49,870 bases of DNA from Candidatus Hydrogenedentota bacterium (GTDB lineage Bacteria > Hydrogenedentota > Hydrogenedentia > Hydrogenedentales > SLHB01): positions 1-49,870 of the forward strand of contig JARKSN010000059.1 in the NCBI GenBank assembly GCA_029974275.1, written 5' to 3'. Under the pieces are notes generated by a model. That model was not told the DNA's origin. It did no database searches and saw only the letters and a list, made by a program, of their open reading frames with translations. The position numbers and the translations under genes are program-made. Shown piece after piece: positions 1-8,651 of the stretch; position 1 is the first letter of the stretch, and the number at the start of each line of letters is the position of its first letter.

Positions 1-294
1 ACTACTGAAAAACACACGAATCTCCCTTCTTCTTTATGGGGTATGTGGGGCGGGGCGCCAACGACCAAACGAAAAGGGGAAGCAAATCACAAACGAGCCA
101 AGGTCTGCCCGGAACTCAGATTTTAATGCGATAGCCCTGAGGTTTCGTAATTTTCGCGCCAAAGCGGCACGGAACAATGCACCAAGTGACAAAGAGCGTT
201 GTTGCATGGTCCTGCGCGTTCGTTTGCTGTTCAGGCAGGGTTGTATGTGTTTTCGTGTATTTTCGCGGAAGGATTGGGAGTTGGGTAAGTCAAA

Positions 295-323
295 TTGAAA
301 AGAGCGGGCGCTCGCTCTAATGT
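295..323 (+). promoter_or_regulatory. Possible sigma70 promoter of the sugar ABC operon, with an inverted repeat in the spacer
   Basis: TTGAAA (295-300), then the inverted repeat AGAGCG-N6-CGCTCT (301-318), then a weak -10-like TCTAAT/TAATGT just upstream of the permease. Confidence 0.3.
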
Positions 324-331
324 AGCGGGGA

Positions 332-1435
332 GTGGCGAACGAGGAAGGGAAGCGGGACGATGCCATGAAGTGGATGCTGGCAGGGGGCGGGGGCGTGACG
401 TTGGTCATCCTGGCGTTGGGGGTGGCGTTGGCTCCGTTGGGCCGTTGGGCCGATGCGGTGCTGGCGTGGTGCGACGATCGTTTTGACCGGAGGCGCGCCG
501 CTTCTCGCAATCAGCGCGACGGTTGGCTGGCGTTTCTCTTGTTGTTTCCTGCTCTCGCGTTGCTGGGCGTGTTTTCGCTGCTGCCGCTGGGCTACACCGC
601 CTACGCTAGCCTCTACGCCATGCGCATGGGACAAGGGCCGTTCGTCGGCTTCGCCAATTACGTCCACGCCTTGACCAATCCTGAGTTTTGGCAAAGTCTG
701 CTCGTCACCGTCTACTACGCTGCAGGAACCATTCCCGCGACCATGGCGCTGAGTTTCGTTCTTGCCTCGATGCTCTTTCGCATGGTTCGCGGTCGCGGTT
801 TGTTCCGGACGCTTTATTTTTTGCCGTACGTGACGTCGGTCGTGGCGGCGGCGACGGTGTGGCGCGCGCTTCTCAATCCGAATTTCGGTCCTGTCAACGC
901 GTTTCTGTCTTCGTTGGGCGCGCCGGGGCCGGCGTGGCTGCTGGAACCGCGGGGCGTGCTGTCGCTGCTTACGGGCGGGCTTGTGCCGGCGAGCGTCGGG
1001 CCGAGCCTGTCGCTGTGCTGCATCATGATCTTTGAGATGTGGCATTCGTTCGGGTTTATGGTGATCATTTTTTTGGCCGGGCTGACGGCCATTCCCCGCG
1101 AACTCGAGGATGCAGCCCGCATTGATGGGGCGGGGTGGACCCAGACGCACTGGCACGTCACCTTGCCGCTGCTGTCGCCGACGATTCTTTTTTTGGCGGT
1201 GGTCAGCGTTGTGCGCGCGTTCCAGTCGTTCAGCAGTTTTTACGCCCTTGCGGGGTTCAAGGGGCGCGGTCCTGCAAATAGCACCCAGAACCTCGTGGTG
1301 TATCTCTACACCAGTTTCTACGAGTATGGGGAGTGGGGCTACGGCGCGGCCGTTGCGACCTTGTTGAGCATCGCCATCGTGATGCTGACGTTGCTTCAGT
1401 GGCGTTTCTTGGGCCGGAGGACGCACCACGCATGA
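332..1435 (+). CDS. Carbohydrate ABC transporter permease (MalF/UgpA-like)
   Basis: Multiple TM segments, FVGFANY motif, EAA loop (ELEDAARIDGA); start could be the downstream ATG (MKW...). Confidence 0.92.
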   Translation: MANEEGKRDDAMKWMLAGGGGVTLVILALGVALAPLGRWADAVLAWCDDRFDRRRAASRNQRDGWLAFLLLFPALALLGVFSLLPLGYTAYASLYAMRMGQGPFVGFANYVHALTNPEFWQSLLVTVYYAAGTIPATMALSFVLASMLFRMVRGRGLFRTLYFLPYVTSVVAAATVWRALLNPNFGPVNAFLSSLGAPGPAWLLEPRGVLSLLTGGLVPASVGPSLSLCCIMIFEMWHSFGFMVIIFLAGLTAIPRELEDAARIDGAGWTQTHWHVTLPLLSPTILFLAVVSVVRAFQSFSSFYALAGFKGRGPANSTQNLVVYLYTSFYEYGEWGYGAAVATLLSIAIVMLTLLQWRFLGRRTHHA

Positions 1436-2244
1436 TGGGGCGCGCGTTGGCATATTTTGTCCTGACGGCCGGGGCGGCGGTGACGTCCTTCCCCTTTGCA
1501 TGGATGCTCCTGACGGCCCTCAAAAGCCCTGCGGAGGCGGCGTCTCCCACGTTGCGTCTGTTTCCAGAGCGTTGGCTATGGGAAAATTTCGCGCTGACTT
1601 TCCAAGCGGCTCCCTTCGGCTTGTACTTTTTCAACAGCCTTTTCGTCGCGTGCGTCGTGACGATTTCGGCGGTTCTGACTTCGCTCATGGCGGGGTATGC
1701 GTTTGCGCGTCTGCGGTTCCGAGGAAGGGATTTCGTTTTTGGAATCGTCCTTCTCACCATGATCGTTCCGTTCGAGGTCACGCTCGTGCCGAATTTCATT
1801 TTGATCTTGAAGTTGGGCTGGTACAACCGATATCCCGCCCTCATCGTTCCCTGGTGCGCCAGCGCGTTTTCAATCTTTTTGATGCGTCAAGCTTTTCTGA
1901 CGTTGCCCGGGGATTATTTTGACGCGGCGAAGGTCGATGGTTGCGGTCATTTGCGGTTTCTGGCGCGGGTTGGGACTCCGCTCGTCAAGCCAGCGGTCAT
2001 CACCGTTGCCTTGTTCGCTTTTTTGGGCAGCTACAACTCGTTGCTCTGGCCTCTTGTCGTCACGTGCAGCGATCGCATGCGCGTTGTTCAGGTGGCGTTG
2101 ACCGTGTTCAGCGGAGCCGACGGAGCCCGGTTCAACCTCATGATGTGCGCCGCGACAATTGTCGTGCTGCCCACCGTCCTCCTCTATTTCGCCTCCCAGC
2201 GTCATTTTCTCGAAGGTTCCCTCGGCGCGGGGCTCAAAGGATAG
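1432..2244 (+). CDS. Carbohydrate ABC transporter permease (MalG/UgpE-like)
   Basis: ATGA overlap with the previous stop; AGYAFAR motif and EAA-like loop DYFDAAKVDG. Confidence 0.92.
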   Translation: MMGRALAYFVLTAGAAVTSFPFAWMLLTALKSPAEAASPTLRLFPERWLWENFALTFQAAPFGLYFFNSLFVACVVTISAVLTSLMAGYAFARLRFRGRDFVFGIVLLTMIVPFEVTLVPNFILILKLGWYNRYPALIVPWCASAFSIFLMRQAFLTLPGDYFDAAKVDGCGHLRFLARVGTPLVKPAVITVALFAFLGSYNSLLWPLVVTCSDRMRVVQVALTVFSGADGARFNLMMCAATIVVLPTVLLYFASQRHFLEGSLGAGLKG

Positions 2245-2352
2245 ACCTGTTGCGATAGGCGCGCAGCGGTCTCCGCCTCGGGCTGTGTGATGGACAAAGG
2301 CCGTCCACAGTGGTAGGCTCTGGGAAATCTGTCACCACGGAGATACTGAAAC

Positions 2353-5088
2353 ATGAATCGTATCGCCTTGCCTGCGCTCGCGTCCTTCCTGCTCTTGATG
2401 GTCCCCGCCGTCGCAGCCCCTTGCAGGGGCGATTGGCTTGAACTCATCGACACGACCCAGTTGCCGGTGTTGCGGCTGGACCAGTGCCAGCAGGTTTCCA
2501 GTTATGACCGGACCGGCGGCAACAATGACGGTTTCGAGGGGACTTATTCGGCGTTGCGCGAGGAAGACGGCGCTTTCGTGATCTTCGAGGAGACCGGTCC
2601 TGGGTGCATTTATCGGATATGGTCGGCAGACCCGGGTGCGCGGCGCCTGGAGTTTTATTTTGATGGAGAGACCTCGCCCCGTCTGGTTTTCGACAAGTGG
2701 GAGGAGATGTTTCAGAACAAGGTTCCTCCGTTTGTGGAGCCTTTCAGCCGCATTGCATTGGGGGCGGGGTGCAGTTACGTTCCCATTCCCTACAAAAAGA
2801 GTTTGAAGATCGTGACGCGCCAGCGTGTGCATTTCTACCAGATCACCTTTCAGAAATTTGCGAAGGGGTTTGGCGTATCGTCGTTTTCGCCTAAAATCGC
2901 CAAGCGGGACAAGGCGAAGATGGACCGTGTTGCCGCGGCATGGAACCACCTGGGGGCGCATCCGTGGCCGGAAGCGATCAAAAGCGTCTTTTCTCCCGCC
3001 GACGTCACCGTCGAACCGGGAAAAACGGCTGTTTTGGCGGAGAGGCAAGGGGCGGGCGTTCTCCACTTTCTCGAACTCACGATTGCCGCAAAAGATCCCA
3101 AATGGCTGCGTAAAACCGTTTTGCGCATAACGGCGGATGGCGCGGCGCGGCCGCACGTCGAATGTCCCGTGGGCGATTTTTTCATGCAGCCATTCCCCGG
3201 CGAAGAGGTGAAAAGTCTGCTGGTCGGCAAACGCGGCGGCGACCAGTATTACTCCTTCTGGCCCATGCCCTTCGCCTCGGGCATCACGGTCGAACTCGTC
3301 AACGAAAGCAACGCGCCGGTGTCCGTCAACACCCAATGGGGAGGCGAATCGATGCGATCGCTGCCCAAGAATATGGGGCGTTTTCATGCAACGTGGCGCA
3401 GACTCGACCCAGTTCCCGATGGAGAGCTCTATCCCATCCTCAACGCGCAAGGGCAGGGGCATTGGTGCGGCATGTCGGCGGCCATGCAAGGTCATGGGCC
3501 GGGTCTCGGGTTCCTGGAAGGCGATGAGATGTTGTGGATCGACGATCGGGACAACACGGCGTACAACGGCACCGGCACGGAGGATTATTACAACGGCGGC
3601 TGGTATTTCGGCAGGACCGGCAATTTTCCGTTTTATGGCTGTGGTTATTTGAGCGATCCCGAGGGGCGCTGCCATGCTTTCCGGCTGCACATGACGGACT
3701 TGGTTCCGTTTCAGCGACAGGCGCGTATTGGCATCGAGCATGGTCCTGATAATCATTATCCTGCGGACTACGCTGGCACGGTGTTCTGGTATGGCGCGCC
3801 GGAAACGGTTGCGGACGCGCCCGAGATGAAACCTGTCACGCAACGTTTGTGGCGTCCGGGACGGTTAGCGGGTCATATCGAGGCGGAGGATGCGGCGCTC
3901 GTCCTTCAGCCGCCCGCAGCGATTCTAGAGGATGGCGATCGCGACGCTTTCTTCAGCGCCGGCAAGGCCGTAATGCTGCCCGAAGGGGCAAAGACCGCTT
4001 TCCATTTCGAGGTGGAGGAAGAGGATGTGTATGAGGCGGTCGTTCATTTCGCGTCGGGTCTGGGCGCCGCCAAGGCCAACGTGACGTTGAACCAGGACGA
4101 GACCCAATGGGGGGATATCGCCGTTCAGCCCGAGGGCGCCCATGGGATGGCCGTCTCGGTTGGAACGGAACGGTTACGCAAGGGGCCCAATCGCTTGACC
4201 ATTCGCGCCGCGCAAGGCGATCTCGGCGTCGACGCTTTCATGCTCAAACCCAGCGTAAAGGTTGCGGGCGTCCAAGAAGCGGAGAAGGCGGCCTTCAAAG
4301 CGCGCGGGGGGGCGAAGGTCAGCGTCGTGGACGGTCGCGTCGCGGGGGCCAGCGGCGGTTCCTTCGTTGCGGTGTCGGGAAAAGGCGATCGCGCCGGGGT
4401 GAACTTCGATTTCACGACCCAAGAAGCGGGCGCGCACCGCGTTAGCGTGCGTTTGCTGCAAGGACCGGAAGGGGGGGGCGTAAAACTTGCGGTGGACGGG
4501 GAAGCGCTCGGCGATTTGGTCAATTGTCACAGCGAGGTTTCCAAGTGGACCGATGCGTTTGTGGCGGGCATTACCAGCAAGCTGTTGCCCGGCAAACACT
4601 CCCTGACCTTGCTCAACGCGGATAAAAACGCCGCTATCATGGGCATCGACTATTTCCAGGCGTTGCCCGCGACCAAGTTCGAGGCCGAAACGCTCAAGGT
4701 GCTTGAGGTCCAAGGGGGGCGGGTGGAAGTCCAGCCCATGGAAGATTTTGGCAGCGGCTGGAGTGGGGGATCCCAGTGTTTTTTCATCAACGAATGCGAG
4801 ACCGGCGCGCTCGCGCTCGAGGTTCTCATGCCTTCGGACGGAAAGCGCAAGGTCTCCGTTTTTTATACCCAGGCCCCGGATTTTGGCATGTTTCAGTGCA
4901 GCGTTGATGGCGTGCCGTTGGGGCAGCCTTTCAACGGCTATGCCGCGACCGTCAGGCGGGCCGATCGCGTGGACTACGGCGAAGTGGAATTGAGCGAGGG
5001 CGCGCATATCTTCCGGTTCGAGTGCACAGGAAAGGACCCTGCCTCTACCGCTCGCTTTCTGGGGATTGATCTGGTGGTGATCGAGTGA
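2353..5088 (+). CDS. Secreted GH172/DUF2961 glycoside hydrolase with three C-terminal CBM6/35-like modules
   Basis: GGAG RBS; signal peptide; motifs SSYDRTGGNND, GPGCIYRIW, PMPF, EGDE, GTGTEDYYNGGWYF; three xEAE...GID/GVD repeats. Confidence 0.85.
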   Translation: MNRIALPALASFLLLMVPAVAAPCRGDWLELIDTTQLPVLRLDQCQQVSSYDRTGGNNDGFEGTYSALREEDGAFVIFEETGPGCIYRIWSADPGARRLEFYFDGETSPRLVFDKWEEMFQNKVPPFVEPFSRIALGAGCSYVPIPYKKSLKIVTRQRVHFYQITFQKFAKGFGVSSFSPKIAKRDKAKMDRVAAAWNHLGAHPWPEAIKSVFSPADVTVEPGKTAVLAERQGAGVLHFLELTIAAKDPKWLRKTVLRITADGAARPHVECPVGDFFMQPFPGEEVKSLLVGKRGGDQYYSFWPMPFASGITVELVNESNAPVSVNTQWGGESMRSLPKNMGRFHATWRRLDPVPDGELYPILNAQGQGHWCGMSAAMQGHGPGLGFLEGDEMLWIDDRDNTAYNGTGTEDYYNGGWYFGRTGNFPFYGCGYLSDPEGRCHAFRLHMTDLVPFQRQARIGIEHGPDNHYPADYAGTVFWYGAPETVADAPEMKPVTQRLWRPGRLAGHIEAEDAALVLQPPAAILEDGDRDAFFSAGKAVMLPEGAKTAFHFEVEEEDVYEAVVHFASGLGAAKANVTLNQDETQWGDIAVQPEGAHGMAVSVGTERLRKGPNRLTIRAAQGDLGVDAFMLKPSVKVAGVQEAEKAAFKARGGAKVSVVDGRVAGASGGSFVAVSGKGDRAGVNFDFTTQEAGAHRVSVRLLQGPEGGGVKLAVDGEALGDLVNCHSEVSKWTDAFVAGITSKLLPGKHSLTLLNADKNAAIMGIDYFQALPATKFEAETLKVLEVQGGRVEVQPMEDFGSGWSGGSQCFFINECETGALALEVLMPSDGKRKVSVFYTQAPDFGMFQCSVDGVPLGQPFNGYAATVRRADRVDYGEVELSEGAHIFRFECTGKDPASTARFLGIDLVVIE

Positions 5089-5330
5089 GGGGGAGAGCGC
5101 CTTGTAACGAATGGCCAAGATGCCGGTAGTGTGCATGAGCGTGGAGATCGAAGGTAGGGCGAGATCGCCCAGATGTTCGGTCTCAAACGGTTCCAGGCCA
5201 TAGCCTGCAAGCGCCCCGCACGGCGCGTGCAGGTTCCATACAACGGAGGGAGAGACCTACCCCGAAGGCTCTCCCTTCCCCTCTATACGCCTCTATCCGG
5301 CTATTCTCCCTTGGCGCGTCTGTGCCGTCT

Positions 5331-5654
5331 TCATTCCGTTTGGCAAAGAGGGTTGCCGGTCTCCAGGGAATGCGCCAACGCCTCCAGAATGGCGGGCAGG
5401 TCCTCGTGGGTCACGTGGCTGAACCACGCATTGTCGGGAAAGACCATGAGATTGGGGCCTTTTTCGCATCTGTCCATGCAGCCGGATTGGCTGACGCGAA
5501 TGCGGCCATTGAGGCGCCTTTCTTTTACCATGGCTTTCAGGACATCGCGCAGTTCTTTCCCTCCACTGGCTCCGCATGAGCAACGGACTTCCGTGGGGCG
5601 TTCATTTCCGCAAACAAAGATGATTTTCTGATACGGGAGGGGATGTATTTCCAC
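5331..5654 (-). CDS. Thioredoxin-like [2Fe-2S] ferredoxin
   Basis: FVCGNER...CSC...SGCMDRCEKGPN cysteine pattern. Confidence 0.88.
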   Translation of the reverse strand: MEIHPLPYQKIIFVCGNERPTEVRCSCGASGGKELRDVLKAMVKERRLNGRIRVSQSGCMDRCEKGPNLMVFPDNAWFSHVTHEDLPAILEALAHSLETGNPLCQTE

Positions 5655-5711
5655 GCGGCTCCTTTCCAGATCGACGCTGCGGGCAGCGTGCGTCGGCCCA
5701 TCCGGGTTCGT

Positions 5712-6476
5712 TTATGCGTAAATCATCTTGATGGTCATGCCGCCGTCAACGATGAGATGCTGGCCGGTGATGAAGCCGGAGGCCTTGGTGTCGGCCAGAA
5801 ACAGGCACGCTTCGGCAACGTCCTCGGGCATTCCAACGCGTCCGACAGGGTGTTGTTCGTGGTCTGCCTCGGAAAGAACGGGCTCGTGGCGGACGGCGCG
5901 GCGTTTCCAGCGGGAGGTCTCGATCCATCCTGGACAGATCGCGTTGACGCGAATGCGTTGGGGCGACAGCGTCACGGCCAGCGCGTGCGTCAACGAGAGC
6001 AGTCCTCCTTTGGAGGCCGAGTAGGGTTCGGTGTTGGGCTCGGACATCAAGGCGCGGGTCGAACTGATGTTCACGATGGCGCTTCCGGGCGGCATCATGG
6101 GCGCGGCGTTCTGTACGCAAAGGTAGGGCCCGCGCAGATTCACCGCGAGGACGCGATCCCAAAGCTGGGTAGGATTGTCGCGGGACTCGGGATCGACGAG
6201 AACGGCCGCGTTGTTGATCAGGACATCCACCCGGCCATAGTCGGCGCGGATTTCGTTCATGAGCGCGACCACCTCGTTTTCGAGCCCCACGTCCGCCTGC
6301 ATGAAACGCAGCGAAGCGCCGGCCCGTTCAATATCATGCGCCAGTTCCTCGCCGGCGATTTTGTCGATGTCGGTCACCACTACCTGGGCTCGCTCGCGCA
6401 AAAACGCCATGGCCGTGGCCTTGCCGATGCCCTGCGCGCCCCCCGTCACCACGATCACCTTGTCCCGAAAACGCAT
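5712..6476 (-). CDS. SDR family oxidoreductase
   Basis: TGGAQGIG, NNA, YSASK catalytic motif; GGAG RBS before ATG at 6476. Confidence 0.93.
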   Translation of the reverse strand: MRFRDKVIVVTGGAQGIGKATAMAFLRERAQVVVTDIDKIAGEELAHDIERAGASLRFMQADVGLENEVVALMNEIRADYGRVDVLINNAAVLVDPESRDNPTQLWDRVLAVNLRGPYLCVQNAAPMMPPGSAIVNISSTRALMSEPNTEPYSASKGGLLSLTHALAVTLSPQRIRVNAICPGWIETSRWKRRAVRHEPVLSEADHEQHPVGRVGMPEDVAEACLFLADTKASGFITGQHLIVDGGMTIKMIYA

Positions 6477-6726
6477 ACCGACTCCTTCCGAACCGCCCCG
6501 CCCGTTCTGCCGCCTGCCAAGGCGTTTCGATACACTACAACGGCGTCTCCGGCAATGCAACGGCACGAAGCGGACGGCCAAGGCGGTTACGGCCGCTGAT
6601 AGGAGTCGGTTCCGGTTTTCCGAGCTACCCCACGCCTTTCACGGGATTGTGAGAGGTTGCATCCTCCTTGACGGATTGCGTATCTCTACATATGCTGGTT
6701 TTCAAAAGAGGAGGTCGATCTGCACC

Positions 6727-7599
6727 ATGCCCAGTCTTGTCCACGATGGCCTTGATCGCACGTATCTGCTGCATGCGCCGTCCAACGTGACGGAGGGGGG
6801 ACGCATGCCGCTGTTCATCACGTTGCATGGGAGCGGCGGCTCGGGCCGTCATATGATGAAACTGACCGGATTCGATGCTCTCGCGGATGCGCGCGGGTTT
6901 GTCGTGTGTTATCCGGATGCCTACCAGCGAAGCTGGAACGATGGGCGCCGTCTCGAAAATGTCCCGGCCATGGCGCAAAACATCGACGATGTGGGGTTTG
7001 TGTCGGCGCTCATCGGCGCAATTGCGGAGCAACTTCCCATCGATCTCAGCCGGGTATACCTCGTGGGCGCATCGAACGGCGGGATGATGTCGCTCTACTA
7101 CGCCTGCCGCTGCGCAGCGCGCATCGCCGCGGTAGGGGCGGTCATGGCGACCGTGGCCGATTTGTGGGGCCGTTCGCTGCGGCCTGCTTTGCCCGTCCCG
7201 GCTGTGCTCATTCACGGGACCCACGACCCCATTCTTCCGTATGACGGCGGGTTTGTGACGTTCCAGGGAGAGACGTTCGGAAGGGCCGTTTCGGTGCAGG
7301 AAACCGCCCGGCTGTGGGCGTCGCACAATGATTGCGATCCGATTCCTGCCGTTGCCGATCTCACGAAGCCTGACGCGGACATGCGCGTCTATTCGGAGAC
7401 TTACGGCAATCGCTGCAACGGCAGCGAGGTGATCGCCGTCACCGTCGAAGGCGGCGGTCACACGTGGCCAGGGGGGCCCCAGTACCTGGCAGAATGGATC
7501 ATCGGAAACACCTGCCGGTCCTTCGATGCCAGCAGGTATATCGTTGATTTCTTGCTGCGTCATCGGAGGAGTGAGGACAGCGTTCCGGGCTTGTCTTGA
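6727..7599 (+). CDS. LpqC/PHB-depolymerase-like alpha/beta-hydrolase (esterase)
   Basis: LHGSGG, GASNGG nucleophile elbow, HGTHD, GHTWPG; GAGGAGG RBS. Confidence 0.88.
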   Translation: MPSLVHDGLDRTYLLHAPSNVTEGGRMPLFITLHGSGGSGRHMMKLTGFDALADARGFVVCYPDAYQRSWNDGRRLENVPAMAQNIDDVGFVSALIGAIAEQLPIDLSRVYLVGASNGGMMSLYYACRCAARIAAVGAVMATVADLWGRSLRPALPVPAVLIHGTHDPILPYDGGFVTFQGETFGRAVSVQETARLWASHNDCDPIPAVADLTKPDADMRVYSETYGNRCNGSEVIAVTVEGGGHTWPGGPQYLAEWIIGNTCRSFDASRYIVDFLLRHRRSEDSVPGLS

Positions 7600-7624
7600 C
7601 ACATCCGGCTATAGGGCGCACAAT
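7596..7624 (+). promoter_or_regulatory. Putative sigma70 promoter of the REC-GGDEF gene
   Basis: TTGACA-17 bp-CACAAT. Confidence 0.5.
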
Positions 7625-7700
7625 AGGCAAGCCGAGAGAAAGGGACGCATTTTTTCGCTTCCGCGCAAGGCAGAGGCTGCCTCATGAAAGGGGACGCGCC

Positions 7701-8651
7701 ATGGCCCATTCCGAGGAATCCCACAGCGTCTTGTTGATCGAGCCCAGCGAAGATTTGCTGTTGGTCCTGCGCCACCATCTATTGCGATCGGGGTTCAAGG
7801 TCCACAGCGCAGGGTCCGGGAAAGCCGCCTTGGCGCTCATCAAGGACGCGAGACCGGAACTGCTCGTTTCGGACGATGCCCTGCCTGACATGTCCGCGGC
7901 GGAATTTCGCCGCAGCCTGTTTCTCGATCCCGGCACGCGCGACCTGCCCGTCCTGTTCCTGTCGAGCAAACGTCATCGGGAAGGGGCGGACCCCATGTTG
8001 CGGGTGGGGTTGGACGAGTGTTTGCCCAAGCCTTGCGACACGCTTCTTCTCGTGACGCGGGCCCAGTCGATTATCGCACGGCGCAATTCCCAGGACGAGT
8101 TGATGCGAATCGATCCCTTGACGCGCTTGTTGAACAAGACTTCCCTGCAGCGTCAGGTGGCGGAAGACCTGGCCCGGCTCGATCGGTATAAACGCTTTGC
8201 GTGTCTGGCGCTGCTGGATTTGGATCATCTTGCGGGCCTGAACGAGGCCCACGGGGTTCCCATCGGCGATCTGCTCCTGAGCGCGCTGGCGAACATGGCC
8301 TACGCCTTTATCCGAACGACGGACCTTGCCGGGCGCTACGCAGGCGGCCAATTGCTTTTGTACCTGCCGGAGACGCGCGAGAAGGGTGCACGAATACTGG
8401 CGGAGCGTTTGCTCCAGCAGTATCGCAAGACGTCGGAGGAACTTGCGGGCCGGGCTGTCACGTTTTGCGGCGCTCTGCTGGAGCCGCCTCGCGATGGCGC
8501 AACATGGGAGACGCTCTGTGCGCGCGCCGAGGAAACCATGCGCGCCGCGAAGGCTTGCGGCGGCGGGACCATTTTGGATTGGCGCGCCGGCGTGAACGAA
8601 AAGAAAGAGCGCCGACGTCAGGGAACTATCTCGCCGGTTGCCGGGTCATAG
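7701..8651 (+). CDS. Response regulator with REC and degenerate GGDEF domains
   Basis: N-terminal receiver (LLVSDDALP), DPLTRLLN, LLDLD, RxxD (RTTD); active site reads YAGGQ instead of GG[DE]EF. Confidence 0.85.
   Translation: MAHSEESHSVLLIEPSEDLLLVLRHHLLRSGFKVHSAGSGKAALALIKDARPELLVSDDALPDMSAAEFRRSLFLDPGTRDLPVLFLSSKRHREGADPMLRVGLDECLPKPCDTLLLVTRAQSIIARRNSQDELMRIDPLTRLLNKTSLQRQVAEDLARLDRYKRFACLALLDLDHLAGLNEAHGVPIGDLLLSALANMAYAFIRTTDLAGRYAGGQLLLYLPETREKGARILAERLLQQYRKTSEELAGRAVTFCGALLEPPRDGATWETLCARAEETMRAAKACGGGTILDWRAGVNEKKERRRQGTISPVAGS

Noticed and set aside
1..40. Possible start of a minus-strand gene (GAAGGGAG RBS then GTG) leaving the window
   Set aside because: Only a few codons are visible; no product can be supported
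140..185. sigma54-like motifs (CGGCAC...ATGC on +; TGGCGC-N5-TTAC on -)
   Set aside because: Spacing is off by one in the first and the -12 GC is missing in the second
317..3843. Long antisense or alternate-frame ORFs (e.g. 317-1501, 2332-3843, and similar ones across the window)
   Set aside because: They shadow well-supported genes, are Arg/Ala-rich without motifs, and are expected in high-GC DNA
5244..5280. Glycine-riboswitch-like words (GGAGAGA...CCGAAGG...CTCTC)
   Set aside because: Rest of the aptamer is missing and the site lies between convergent 3' ends
7625..7681. Resemblance to a c-di-GMP-I riboswitch (GGCAA...GAAA GGGACGCA...CTGCC) upstream of the REC-GGDEF gene
   Set aside because: No P2 stem around GAAA, no tetraloop receptor, and the 5' part abuts the predicted -10 so is probably not transcribed
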